From positions 1-46,484 of IMG/VR virus record IMGVR_UViG_3300012667_000478: a DNA stretch of 46,484 bases. One strand, given 5' to 3'. Origin of the DNA: a virus (Duplodnaviria > Caudoviricetes). The translations under genes and the position numbers were made by a program. Below the pieces are notes generated by a model, which made no database searches, was not told the origin of the DNA, and worked only from the letters and a program-made list of their open reading frames with translations. Of this stretch, positions 36,600-44,296 are shown one piece after another. The number at the start of each line of letters is the position of its first letter. The first letter of the stretch is position 1.

Positions 36600-38525
36600 T
36601 TAAAATAAACTTAATTGTGAATTATTATTTATCTGATTAATTATTTTATTAATTTCAGCAATATAGAATTTGTAATTAACATCTGTAGGAAATACATCAG
36701 GATTATGATTATTGTAAATCATTACACCTGAATCTTTTAACAAATGATTAGATCTACCATCTCTACATTTATAAATATAACCACCTTTAGTTGAAGCATA
36801 AAATCTATTTAATCTTTGTTGTTTAGATTTAATAAAATTAGAATTAGTCCACATTACATGATAACTTTTATCTACTTTTTGTGAACAACAGAAATCAAAT
36901 ATATCTGTATGTGATTTAACAAAATCTTCAACTTTAATATTATCAATGTAATAAGCTTTTAATGCTTTAGGTATAATAAGATAATCTGTACTATTACCTA
37001 AGTCAGGTTTTTCAACAAATAAACCTTTTTGTTTAATTGTACCAGATAAATCTTGAGCTAAATAATTATTAACATTAGCTAATATCATTTTTTGATAATA
37101 TCCATATTCAAATTTAACTTTATATAATTGTTCAGTTTTTTGAACAATAGATATAAATAAGTCTTTTTTTGTTTTAGGTAATAATACAGTTAAACCATCA
37201 GTATTTACTTGAATAATTTTGATATTTTCTTCATGAATTTTTTCAATAATTGTTAATAAAACTAATTGTCCCATACATCTCATTTTCATAGCTCCAATAT
37301 TATTATATAACGGAGAATGTTCTTGATCAATATGTCCTGATAATCCATTTAAAATAACTTTATTAAAAGAATCTTCTTCTTTCCAGAATTGCTCTTTATC
37401 AGTACCTTTAAACTTTTTAATGTTAGGTTTAGATTCAGTAACTCTTAAATGTTTAAATTCTTCATAAGTTTCTTCTAACTCTTTAAATCTAAAACAATGT
37501 AATCCTAATATAAATGTAGGATATAAAGATTCTATATCTATGTCACAAATTTCATATTCATCATTTGCTTCATACATTTCATTTTTAACAATATTGTGAA
37601 TTCCACCTACACCTATAGATAATTTTATACCTTCTTTTTGATTTTTTGTAAAACAAATAAAAGTTTCATTAAATGTGTTATGACTATTCATCCATTTATT
37701 ATAAATATCTTTTAAAACTTTTGTTTTAAATTCAAATTTATAATCTATAAATAAATCTTTAAATTGAAAAGGAGTTTTCTCAAATCTTTGTTTTTTAAAA
37801 GTTCTTAAATCCTGATTAGTTTTTTCACAATATTTATAAATCATTACTTCAGATGCTATTTTAGGAGCATCAAAAGACATAGCATTAATTCCATATTTTT
37901 CTTTAACTTTAGCTCTTAATTGCACAGTACCTAAATTACCTAAAGGAATAGTTCCTTTACCTGTAAATTGAGTAAATAATAAATCAGTAATACCTAAATC
38001 ATGTACACTATTATAATGCCTTAATTCATCAATTTGAGCATGATTTAAGCTCATTGCAGGATCAAATGGTAATTCTTGTACTACAGGATAATTCATTTGA
38101 ATAGCAAGTCCCTTTAAGCTTATTTTTTTACTTAATCTAAGCATTTTAGACCAATATAAATATAAATCTATATCAATCCATTTATTATGATATTTGTATT
38201 TACTTAATTCTTTATCATTCCACCAAAAATCATTGTTGATTATATAGTCTGACCATTCTTTAAGCTTTTGTAGATAATTATCCACATTATCTAACTTATT
38301 GTGGATAATATACAACATTATACAGTTATCATAATGTATTCCATTAAATGAAATTAGATATTGATTAAACCCATTAAAGAATTTAACAACTTCATCATAT
38401 TCATTTATTCTATCTGAAATTTCCCAAACTATTTTCTCTTTAGTATCTACATCTTGTATTGCACAAAGAAAACAGTTTGAATAAACTTCAACATCATAAA
38501 TTACTTTTTGCCATTTACTTTCCAT
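36600..38525 (-). CDS. polB: Family B DNA polymerase (crAss-like)
   Basis: Exonuclease motifs YDVE, FNGIHYD, YNSVHD; polymerase motifs DIESLYP, KVILNGLSG, NTDG. Confidence 0.9.
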   Translation of the reverse strand: MESKWQKVIYDVEVYSNCFLCAIQDVDTKEKIVWEISDRINEYDEVVKFFNGFNQYLISFNGIHYDNCIMLYIIHNKLDNVDNYLQKLKEWSDYIINNDFWWNDKELSKYKYHNKWIDIDLYLYWSKMLRLSKKISLKGLAIQMNYPVVQELPFDPAMSLNHAQIDELRHYNSVHDLGITDLLFTQFTGKGTIPLGNLGTVQLRAKVKEKYGINAMSFDAPKIASEVMIYKYCEKTNQDLRTFKKQRFEKTPFQFKDLFIDYKFEFKTKVLKDIYNKWMNSHNTFNETFICFTKNQKEGIKLSIGVGGIHNIVKNEMYEANDEYEICDIDIESLYPTFILGLHCFRFKELEETYEEFKHLRVTESKPNIKKFKGTDKEQFWKEEDSFNKVILNGLSGHIDQEHSPLYNNIGAMKMRCMGQLVLLTIIEKIHEENIKIIQVNTDGLTVLLPKTKKDLFISIVQKTEQLYKVKFEYGYYQKMILANVNNYLAQDLSGTIKQKGLFVEKPDLGNSTDYLIIPKALKAYYIDNIKVEDFVKSHTDIFDFCCSQKVDKSYHVMWTNSNFIKSKQQRLNRFYASTKGGYIYKCRDGRSNHLLKDSGVMIYNNHNPDVFPTDVNYKFYIAEINKIINQINNNSQLSLF

Positions 38526-38727
38526 CAGTTAAATAATATTGTTTAGCTGTTTGATACATGTGTAACATTAAAATAAACATGCCTTGATCTTGAGGAGGAT
38601 TAATTGACCTATCAGATATATCTTGTTTAGTTTTATCAAAGATATATTTAACAATTACTTGTATTTGTTCTAATTCTCCAGGATCTCTTTTAGCTATTAT
38701 TTCTAATACTTTATCTTTATTTATCAT
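38515..38727 (-). CDS. Hypothetical protein
   Basis: 70-aa ORF overlapping both neighbours. Confidence 0.6.
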   Translation of the reverse strand: MINKDKVLEIIAKRDPGELEQIQVIVKYIFDKTKQDISDRSINPPQDQGMFILMLHMYQTAKQYYLTDGK

Positions 38728-38948
38728 TTTACACCTCCTTCAGGTAATTCTTCAGATTGTTTAGATTTTAGATCTTCTACAAATTTTTCTTTCATTACTG
38801 AAAGACAAACTTCTTTGTAACCACCACCTAATATAGGTAGCATTTCTTCTAACTCCTGAATTGTTTTTAAAGAATATTCTTTGTACTTAGCATGTAATTT
38901 AGCATGCTGTTTAATTGCTTGTGACAATGGTTGTCTTTTCTTTTGCAT
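38724..38948 (-). CDS. Hypothetical protein
   Basis: 74-aa ORF with an ATGA overlap. Confidence 0.6.
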   Translation of the reverse strand: MQKKRQPLSQAIKQHAKLHAKYKEYSLKTIQELEEMLPILGGGYKEVCLSVMKEKFVEDLKSKQSEELPEGGVK

Positions 38949-39026
38949 ATTATTTAATTTTAATTTCTAAATATTTTTTATATAATTCATAATTAAATGA
39001 ATCCCACCATTTTGTTTGTAATAAAA

Positions 39027-39503
39027 TTATTGTGTCCATAAATATTTGTTTTTTAATATTAGTTTATAATAATCTATTATTTCTTTTTTACCATCTGAAT
39101 AATGTGAAGTATATTTTTGAGAAAATTCTAACTTACATTGTTCAATTCTTTCTTTCTTAGATTTTGATTTATCAGTATCTCTTTCATAATATAACCAAGA
39201 TTCCCAATAATTACTACTATATGGAGCATTTACAATTACAGCTATTTGATAACCAAAGAATACAAATGATATTAGTGGTGACCATTCAAATCTATAATCA
39301 GTATTACTCCATTTAGTTTTCCATCCTAATTCTACAAAATCAAATCCTATTTTTTTAGGTGTTGACATATTATTTTTCCATGTTCTTGGATAAAAATAAG
39401 GTGTACCTATTGCAGTTTTACCACAATACCATTTTAATTTAAATGGTTTAAATGGTGACCATAATACTTTTACAAATGCTAATTTATTTATTTGTGTTAT
39501 CAT
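39027..39503 (-). CDS. Trp/Tyr-rich conserved hypothetical protein
   Basis: GTPYFYPR...LGWKTKW...RFEW...YWESWL. Confidence 0.7.
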   Translation of the reverse strand: MITQINKLAFVKVLWSPFKPFKLKWYCGKTAIGTPYFYPRTWKNNMSTPKKIGFDFVELGWKTKWSNTDYRFEWSPLISFVFFGYQIAVIVNAPYSSNYWESWLYYERDTDKSKSKKERIEQCKLEFSQKYTSHYSDGKKEIIDYYKLILKNKYLWTQ

Positions 39504-39816
39504 ATTGTTTCTCTGTTTTAATCATCATGTTTAATAATTCATTAGATAATGTTTCAGCTTTAACTAATGCTTTGTTAGCTAATCTAGTTTCAATTATTAC
39601 ATGTTTATGATTTTTAATGTTAGCTCTACATTTAATAATATAGTTAACAGCATTAACATATTCTGATTTATCATACCCATTAAGTAATCCTTGTGGATAT
39701 TTTTTAATAAATAATAATATACCATTTAATTCCCAATTGCTTAACCTACTTAAAACAGTTGGTTTACTTTTGCAAAAATATAACATTTTGCAATACTTGT
39801 CTAATAATTTGTTCAT
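39484..39816 (-). CDS. Hypothetical protein
   Basis: 110-aa ORF with an A-rich leader. Confidence 0.6.
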   Translation of the reverse strand: MNKLLDKYCKMLYFCKSKPTVLSRLSNWELNGILLFIKKYPQGLLNGYDKSEYVNAVNYIIKCRANIKNHKHVIIETRLANKALVKAETLSNELLNMMIKTEKQYDNTNK

Positions 39817-39839
39817 TTTGTGATTGTTTTTTGTTAATT

Positions 39840-39870
39840 AAAAACCACCTAGGACTTTCCTAAGTGGTTT
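39840..39870 (-). terminator. Terminator hairpin just downstream of the tRNA-like element
   Basis: Minus strand AAACCACT-TAGGA-aag-TCCTA-GGTGGTTT-TT. Confidence 0.7.
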
Positions 39871-39875
39871 GTTAG

Positions 39876-40015
39876 TAGTCAGGATAGGATTCGAACCTAT
39901 ATGTTTGGATTCATTTACGTTGCCTATACCCCTTAGTACATTTCAACTAATATGATAGGTCGTACCAAACTCTTGTTCCCATGCAATAGCGTCTAACCAA
40001 TAACGCCACCTGACT
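39876..40015 (-). tRNA. 140-nt tRNA-like RNA with degenerate anticodon arm and giant variable-arm hairpin
   Basis: Acceptor AGTCAGG/CCTGACT; TG; D-arm GCG-TTATTGGTTAGA-CGC; T-arm ATAGG-TTCGAAT-CCTAT; ~85 nt between the D and T arms. Confidence 0.7.
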
Positions 40016-40019
40016 ATTT

Positions 40020-40190
40020 GATGTCTTTCCATCAGTCATAACTTAACTTGCAGTTAACCGTGTTCCCTTTTCTTCAGAGACCAATAGCACCCGTTTATTC
40101 TCTGGGTACACCGAGTACAACTTTTACAACATACTACTAATAGTATGAATGGGACATTCTGTTGTCCTGCTTACCCCACCAGCAGAATTT
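40020..40190 (-). ncRNA. Putative structured RNA upstream of the tRNA-like element
   Basis: GC-enriched, ORF-free region with stems CTGCT/AGCAG, GGACA/TGTCC, CATACTA/TAGTATG, GTACCC/GGGTGC, TTAACT/AGTTAA and TGATG/CATCA. Confidence 0.45.
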
Positions 40191-40303
40191 TAAAATCATA
40201 CTAATATCCGGTCGCTTAGGTTGATATAAATATCATTAACCTGTTCAAAAGAACATTTCAAGGCTCTCGGTTTTATTGAGCCACTTCAATTAGTATGATT
40301 TTA
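40191..40303 (-). ncRNA. Putative four-way-junction RNA
   Basis: A perfect 15-bp closing stem TAAAATCATACTAAT/ATTAGTATGATTTTA encloses GGCTC/GAGCC, GTTC/GAAC and AGGTT/AACCT. Confidence 0.55.
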
Positions 40304-40309
40304 TATTGT

Positions 40310-40621
40310 TTAATCAATTAATTCTAAATTACTTTGTTCAATTAATTGCATAATATCTACTTTACCTAATTCAGTACATTCTTTCATTAGTTCTATTAGT
40401 TGATTTAAACCATCTTGAGTAAAAGCAAATCTATCTAATCTATAACTTGTATATTCTAATGATTTAGTTTGTACTTCATTTAAAGTAACACCTTGAATTC
40501 CTTGATTAACATGGTAATATACATAATTTATAGTATATTTTGTTCCTTCAATAATCCAGTTTTCAGGTAGTATTTCATTAGGTTTATTCTTATCATTTAT
40601 ACATAAACAAGGTACATTCAT
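40310..40621 (-). CDS. Conserved hypothetical protein
   Basis: CINDKNKP...WIIEGTKYT...YRLDRF. Confidence 0.7.
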   Translation of the reverse strand: MNVPCLCINDKNKPNEILPENWIIEGTKYTINYVYYHVNQGIQGVTLNEVQTKSLEYTSYRLDRFAFTQDGLNQLIELMKECTELGKVDIMQLIEQSNLELID

Positions 40622-40623
40622 TT

Positions 40624-40749
40624 TTAATTTGTAGATTTTTTAATACTTAATTTGTAAAGTCTTTTCATCTCTTTAAGTTTAGCTTTCTCTTCTTTAGTTT
40701 TTTTAAATACTGATCTATCAATATCTATTTTCTCTATTACAATTGCCAT
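40624..40749 (-). CDS. Small basic hypothetical protein (41 aa; not in ORF track)
   Basis: MAIVIEKIDIDRSVF...KKSTN*; fills the gap with 2-nt spacing on both sides. Confidence 0.5.
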   Translation of the reverse strand: MAIVIEKIDIDRSVFKKTKEEKAKLKEMKRLYKLSIKKSTN

Positions 40750-40751
40750 AA

Positions 40752-40910
40752 TTAATCTATTATTTGTTGTTTTAAATTATTAATTTGTTTTTTAATTTGA
40801 TTAATTTTTTCTTTATCCTGATTAGTAGGAACTGCTAAATTTTTACTATTTGAATAAAATTCTCCCCAACAAAAAAGGATTTCTAACTCTTTAAATTTTG
40901 ATTCTTGCAT
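40752..40910 (-). CDS. Small hypothetical protein (52 aa; not in ORF track)
   Basis: MQESKFKELEILFCWGEF...QQIID*; fills the gap. Confidence 0.5.
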   Translation of the reverse strand: MQESKFKELEILFCWGEFYSNSKNLAVPTNQDKEKINQIKKQINNLKQQIID

Positions 40911-40928
40911 ATATTATTTGTTTTTAGT

Positions 40929-41132
40929 TTATATTATTTGTTTGTTTAATAATTCAATAAAATTAGTTTTAATATATTGTCCTGGTGCTTCATTAGTAAA
41001 CCCATCTAATACATTTTGTATATCTTGTTCTGAGTATTTCTTATCAGCTACAGCTAACATTTTAAGTCTTTGTAAATCATTGATTTTAATACCTAATAAT
41101 TCTCCATATTTATAAAATTCTTCTTTACTCAT
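40929..41132 (-). CDS. Small hypothetical protein (start revised to MSKEEF)
   Basis: The ATG at 41132 follows the repeated KQD*-T-ATG junction; contains the DKKYSEQD motif. Confidence 0.6.
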   Translation of the reverse strand: MSKEEFYKYGELLGIKINDLQRLKMLAVADKKYSEQDIQNVLDGFTNEAPGQYIKTNFIELLNKQII

Positions 41133-41133
41133 A

Positions 41134-41301
41134 TTAGTCTTGTTTGTCAGTTTTTTCAAATAACCATTGTAGTAATGGCTCTCTTGTTGTTGATTTAGTT
41201 CCACATACTATCCAAAGAGGTATATGAACAAGAAATAATGATATACCATCTAAAAGGCAACAAGGAAAAAATAAAATTATTTGCATTAGTCTTAGTTTCA
41301 T
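41134..41301 (-). CDS. Small hydrophobic protein (55 aa; not in ORF track)
   Basis: MKLRLMQIILFFPCCLLDGISLFLVHIPLWIVCG...TDKQD*; bounded on both sides by the junction repeat. Confidence 0.6.
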   Translation of the reverse strand: MKLRLMQIILFFPCCLLDGISLFLVHIPLWIVCGTKSTTREPLLQWLFEKTDKQD

Positions 41302-41302
41302 A

Positions 41303-41491
41303 TTAGTCTTGTTTATTTTTAAATTTTATACACCAATCAAATAAATTTAAGTCTGTATCAGTATTTAACCATTCATTATACCATTTTTCAGTTGTTATAT
41401 AAACACTATTAGGACAATTCATTTTTGATGATGGATTTACATATTTATAAAGTTTTTCTGCTACTTCAATATAATCTGTTGTTGCTTTCAT
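41303..41491 (-). CDS. Small hypothetical protein
   Basis: 62 aa, ends NKQD*. Confidence 0.65.
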   Translation of the reverse strand: MKATTDYIEVAEKLYKYVNPSSKMNCPNSVYITTEKWYNEWLNTDTDLNLFDWCIKFKNKQD

Positions 41492-41492
41492 A

Positions 41493-41801
41493 TTAGTCTT
41501 GTTTGTTTAGTGAGTTGATAACATATTGAAAAAAATCACTCATATCCATTCCATACTCAACATCTCCATCTTTAAAGGTATCCCACTTTGTAGCCATACC
41601 CATAAGTTTAATTACATCTTCCTCTGTGTACCTTTTACTCAACTTTACTAATAATTCCCAATCTACATCTTCTTGGCATTGAGTGTAGCCTTTTGTATAA
41701 TCTTCAATTTTTTCAAAATACCAACCTATTTTTTGAGTTTTTAATCTAAATGTTTCTGCGTAATCTTTAGCTAACTGCTCTATTTCTTCTTTAGTTTTCA
41801 T
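41493..41801 (-). CDS. Small hypothetical protein (GYTQCQED / YTEED motifs)
   Basis: 102 aa, ends NKQD*. Confidence 0.65.
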   Translation of the reverse strand: MKTKEEIEQLAKDYAETFRLKTQKIGWYFEKIEDYTKGYTQCQEDVDWELLVKLSKRYTEEDVIKLMGMATKWDTFKDGDVEYGMDMSDFFQYVINSLNKQD

Positions 41802-41823
41802 ATTATTTGTTAGTTAATTTAAA

Positions 41824-41859
41824 TAAACTCTTACAAGATATTTCACAAGTAAGAGTTTA
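41824..41859. terminator. Hairpin (terminator or processing site)
   Basis: 11-bp stem TAAACTCTTAC/GTAAGAGTTTA. Confidence 0.55.
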
Positions 41860-41863
41860 ATTG

Positions 41864-42292
41864 TTATTTGTATTTTTTAAATGTTCTTAACAAAGTATCA
41901 TATTTAATACCACCTGCTAATATTCTTTTGTTATCATTTGTATTTAAATTAACATCTGCATTAATGTACCAATTATCCATTGGTGCTTCAGTGTCAACAT
42001 TAATAACTTTAATATTTGTTCCTTTATAAGATACAGATATTTCAAATTTAGTATCAAAGTCTAAATATAATACAAAATTATTAGGAACATGTGTTCTTAT
42101 AAATGATTCTGTATTAAAGTTATAAATTGTTAGTATATATGATGTATCTTTTACATTTTGATTATTGATTTTAACTGTTAAATCTAATTTAACTTTGTCA
42201 GTATCATAATTTGGTTGTGCTATTGCACATGCTGTCATTAAAACTATTAATAATCCTGTTACTAATAATTTGATTTTCACTGATTTTTTCAT
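41864..42292 (-). CDS. Secreted/periplasmic protein with signal peptide
   Basis: MKKSVKIKLLVTGLLIVLMTACAIA-Q signal-like N-terminus; beta-rich body. Confidence 0.7.
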   Translation of the reverse strand: MKKSVKIKLLVTGLLIVLMTACAIAQPNYDTDKVKLDLTVKINNQNVKDTSYILTIYNFNTESFIRTHVPNNFVLYLDFDTKFEISVSYKGTNIKVINVDTEAPMDNWYINADVNLNTNDNKRILAGGIKYDTLLRTFKKYK

Positions 42293-42363
42293 TTGATTTA
42301 GTTTTTAGTTGTTTATATTAATTGTTAATTGTTTTAAATTAAAAGAATAGGCTTTGCACCTAA

Positions 42364-42469
42364 TTGTAAGTTTCATGCTTGATAATATACAACACGCCAA
42401 ACAGTTGTATTTAATAGATTGATTCAGGCCTAATCTAATTATCGTGCCTAGTTAAAGGACAACTTATAA
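42364..42469 (-). ncRNA. Putative three-way-junction RNA
   Basis: Outer stems TTATAAGTT/AACTTACAA and GATAAT/ATTATC enclose hairpins TAGATT/AATCTA and ATACAAC/GTTGTAT. Confidence 0.5.
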
Positions 42470-42539
42470 GTAATTTAATTAAGTGAAAGATTAATGCACA
42501 AAAAGGGACATGACTACCTTACAAACATTAATCTAACAC

Positions 42540-42899
42540 TTAATTTATGCATTTAATATCACAACCTTGTAATACCATAGATAATTGTTCATTAGATAAA
42601 CCATTTTTAAGGTTATCTAATGTAACATTAATCCATATTTGTTCAATCCATTCTGAACCATCATACTCACTTATTCTGTATTCACACCCATCAGGTACGT
42701 TAACTATTTTTAAGTTAGCACAAAGACCACTAGCATTTTCTAATCCAAATTTAATTGCTTCTTCAATTATTGTTTGGTCATCTCTATCAATAGTATAACT
42801 ATTAGAATCTTGAGCAACTAAATTGTTAGCAATTAAATGGTTTACAAATTCTTGAGATAAACTATATCCACCATAATCATTATTAAGTAATACTTTCAT
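42540..42899 (-). CDS. Widespread uncharacterised phage protein (YGGxxLS...EYDGxE family)
   Basis: NNDYGGYSLS...RDD...LKIVNVPD...ISEYDGSEWI. Confidence 0.75.
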   Translation of the reverse strand: MKVLLNNDYGGYSLSQEFVNHLIANNLVAQDSNSYTIDRDDQTIIEEAIKFGLENASGLCANLKIVNVPDGCEYRISEYDGSEWIEQIWINVTLDNLKNGLSNEQLSMVLQGCDIKCIN

Positions 42900-43024
42900 T
42901 TTGTTTAGTTTTAGATTGTTAATAATATTTTAAAATAAAGGTTTAACCAACTAACCTCAAAGGAGTGTTTTTACAGAACACTTAAACTGTATTAGGGTAA
43001 ACTATCACATAAACCTAATATAAG

Positions 43025-43098
43025 GTGTGATAGTAGGAATCGAACCTACCATCCCCTGATTAATCGTCAGGTGCTCATACCAATAAGCTTTATCACAC
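43025..43098 (-). tRNA. Atypical tRNA-Asn-like gene, anticodon ATT
   Basis: Cloverleaf: TGTGATA/TATCACA; GCTT/GAGC; CCTGA-CGATTAA-TCAGG; GTAGG-TTCGATT-CCTAC. It has A8 and G33, and CCA is not encoded. Confidence 0.75.
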
Positions 43099-43109
43099 TT
43101 TTAACTTAA

Positions 43110-43568
43110 CTATGAATTAAGTTTTTTTGATTTAATTGTAGCTGCTACAGGTGCTTCACTTGTATAAGCTAATAACACATTTTCTGCTTTTAAATCAGTT
43201 GTGAATTCTGTTTCACGATAGATTGGTAAACCATTGTATAACAAGATTCCACCATCTTTGCCTTTTCTTTTAGGCTCTTGACTAGCACGGAAAGGGTTTT
43301 TAGTTGTTGATTCTTTAATTACAATTTTACCATCTAATACTTCACCTGCTACTAATGGTGCTAGTTTAAATGTTTCTGCACTAGTTGAACGAAGAGCTGT
43401 TAATACAGTTACTTTGTCCATTGAACCACTTCTGTCTACAAATGTAGATTGTACTGTGTACCAACCATATTCTTTACCATCTTTTGCACTGATTCCTGTT
43501 GAGTTGAATACTAAACCTGTTGTTTTGTTTGCAACTACTTCTACTTGATTTGCTGTTAAATTTGCCAT
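43110..43568 (-). CDS. Conserved hypothetical protein, possibly nucleic-acid binding
   Basis: GKIVIKES...QEPKRKG...GLPIYRETEFT; strong A-rich leader. Confidence 0.75.
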   Translation of the reverse strand: MANLTANQVEVVANKTTGLVFNSTGISAKDGKEYGWYTVQSTFVDRSGSMDKVTVLTALRSTSAETFKLAPLVAGEVLDGKIVIKESTTKNPFRASQEPKRKGKDGGILLYNGLPIYRETEFTTDLKAENVLLAYTSEAPVAATIKSKKLNS

Positions 43569-43656
43569 AACTTTTGTTTTTTAGATTGTTTAATTGATTT
43601 TTTTAATTGATTTTTATTTGATTTTAACAAAGTTTAAGTCTATGTTAAGACTATTT

Positions 43657-43749
43657 AACAATTAACAAGATGATATAACTAATGTATGCCTATTTTGGCG
43701 ATTATGACATGAATGTCTAATTAGATTATATGAGAGCTTGTTAATTGTT
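43657..43749 (-). ncRNA. Putative three-way-junction RNA
   Basis: 13-bp stem AACAATTAACAAG/CTTGTTAATTGTT, then ATATAA/TTATAT, CTAAT/ATTAG, GACA/TGTC and GCC/GGC. Confidence 0.5.
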
Positions 43750-43816
43750 TAATATTGTTTAAGATAATGTTAATGCATTTAGTCTAGCTTCTAAAGCTAA
43801 CCAATACTGTACAAAC

Positions 43817-44086
43817 TTAACGTAGTTCTTTTCTGCTTCTGTAACTGTCAGCATGATTTTTAGAGTTTTTTTCTTCAGTCCATAGTGCAAGTATTACACC
43901 TGAATATGCTATGAAGATGATTAATATACCTATTGCTAAGGCTGGTATAACTTGCCATAAACTTACTATTGATACTAAACCTAATCCAACATGTGCAGAT
44001 AAAGTTCTGTCATATGTTATATCAGCTAGTATACTGCATCCATACCAAGTTGTTGATATGAATGCAATTAAATACATTGGTTCCAT
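43817..44086 (-). CDS. Small membrane protein
   Basis: Two to three hydrophobic segments. Confidence 0.65.
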   Translation of the reverse strand: MEPMYLIAFISTTWYGCSILADITYDRTLSAHVGLGLVSIVSLWQVIPALAIGILIIFIAYSGVILALWTEEKNSKNHADSYRSRKELR

Positions 44087-44089
44087 TGT

Positions 44090-44284
44090 TTAAATTGTTA
44101 ATATTGATACACTTACACAAATGCTTGCCCATATTTGCTCATGGGTAGGTTTATTGTTCACATAACCTAATTCTTTTTTAACAGAGTTTAATCTGTTATG
44201 AACACTGAATTTATATTCAGGTAATTTAGTAGACCTATTTATAATAGGCCTACCATTCTTTGTAGTTTTTTGTAACATGTTCAT
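44090..44284 (-). CDS. Hypothetical protein
   Basis: Preceded by the AAAACTATCCAATC leader. Confidence 0.65.
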   Translation of the reverse strand: MNMLQKTTKNGRPIINRSTKLPEYKFSVHNRLNSVKKELGYVNNKPTHEQIWASICVSVSILTI

Positions 44285-44296
44285 GATTGGATAGTT

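Larger units (their letters stand above)
41129..41505 (-). repeat. Three copies of the junction repeat AAACAAGACTAATATGA
   Basis: Plus strand tcatattagtcttgttt at ~41129, ~41298 and ~41488. Confidence 0.85.

Noticed and set aside
36600-38525. Intein or intron in PolB or the helicases
   Set aside because: Motif spacing and lengths are normal; no C...HN splice motifs or frame breaks.
39773-39804. Bacteroidota promoter inside ORF 39484-39816 (minus-strand TATTTTTG)
   Set aside because: The -7 box fits but the -33 box is only TTAG, so it is too likely to be chance in AT-rich DNA to list as a feature.
41133-41204. 5' extension of ORF 40929-41204 given in the ORF track
   Set aside because: It overlaps a better-supported 55-aa gene; the junction repeat points to the ATG at 41132.
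41129-41505. CRISPR-like array from the 17-nt repeats
   Set aside because: The intervening sequences are 150-170-nt protein-coding genes, and there are no cas genes.
42380-42465. Hairpin ribozyme (GTATATTA and GTC present on the minus strand)
   Set aside because: The partner AGAA and AGAAACA strands are missing, and GTAT is already paired in a stem.
42940-43024. HDV-like theta ribozyme after the tRNA
   Set aside because: I could not build the nested double pseudoknot starting at the tRNA 3' end; a model search would be needed to exclude it fully.
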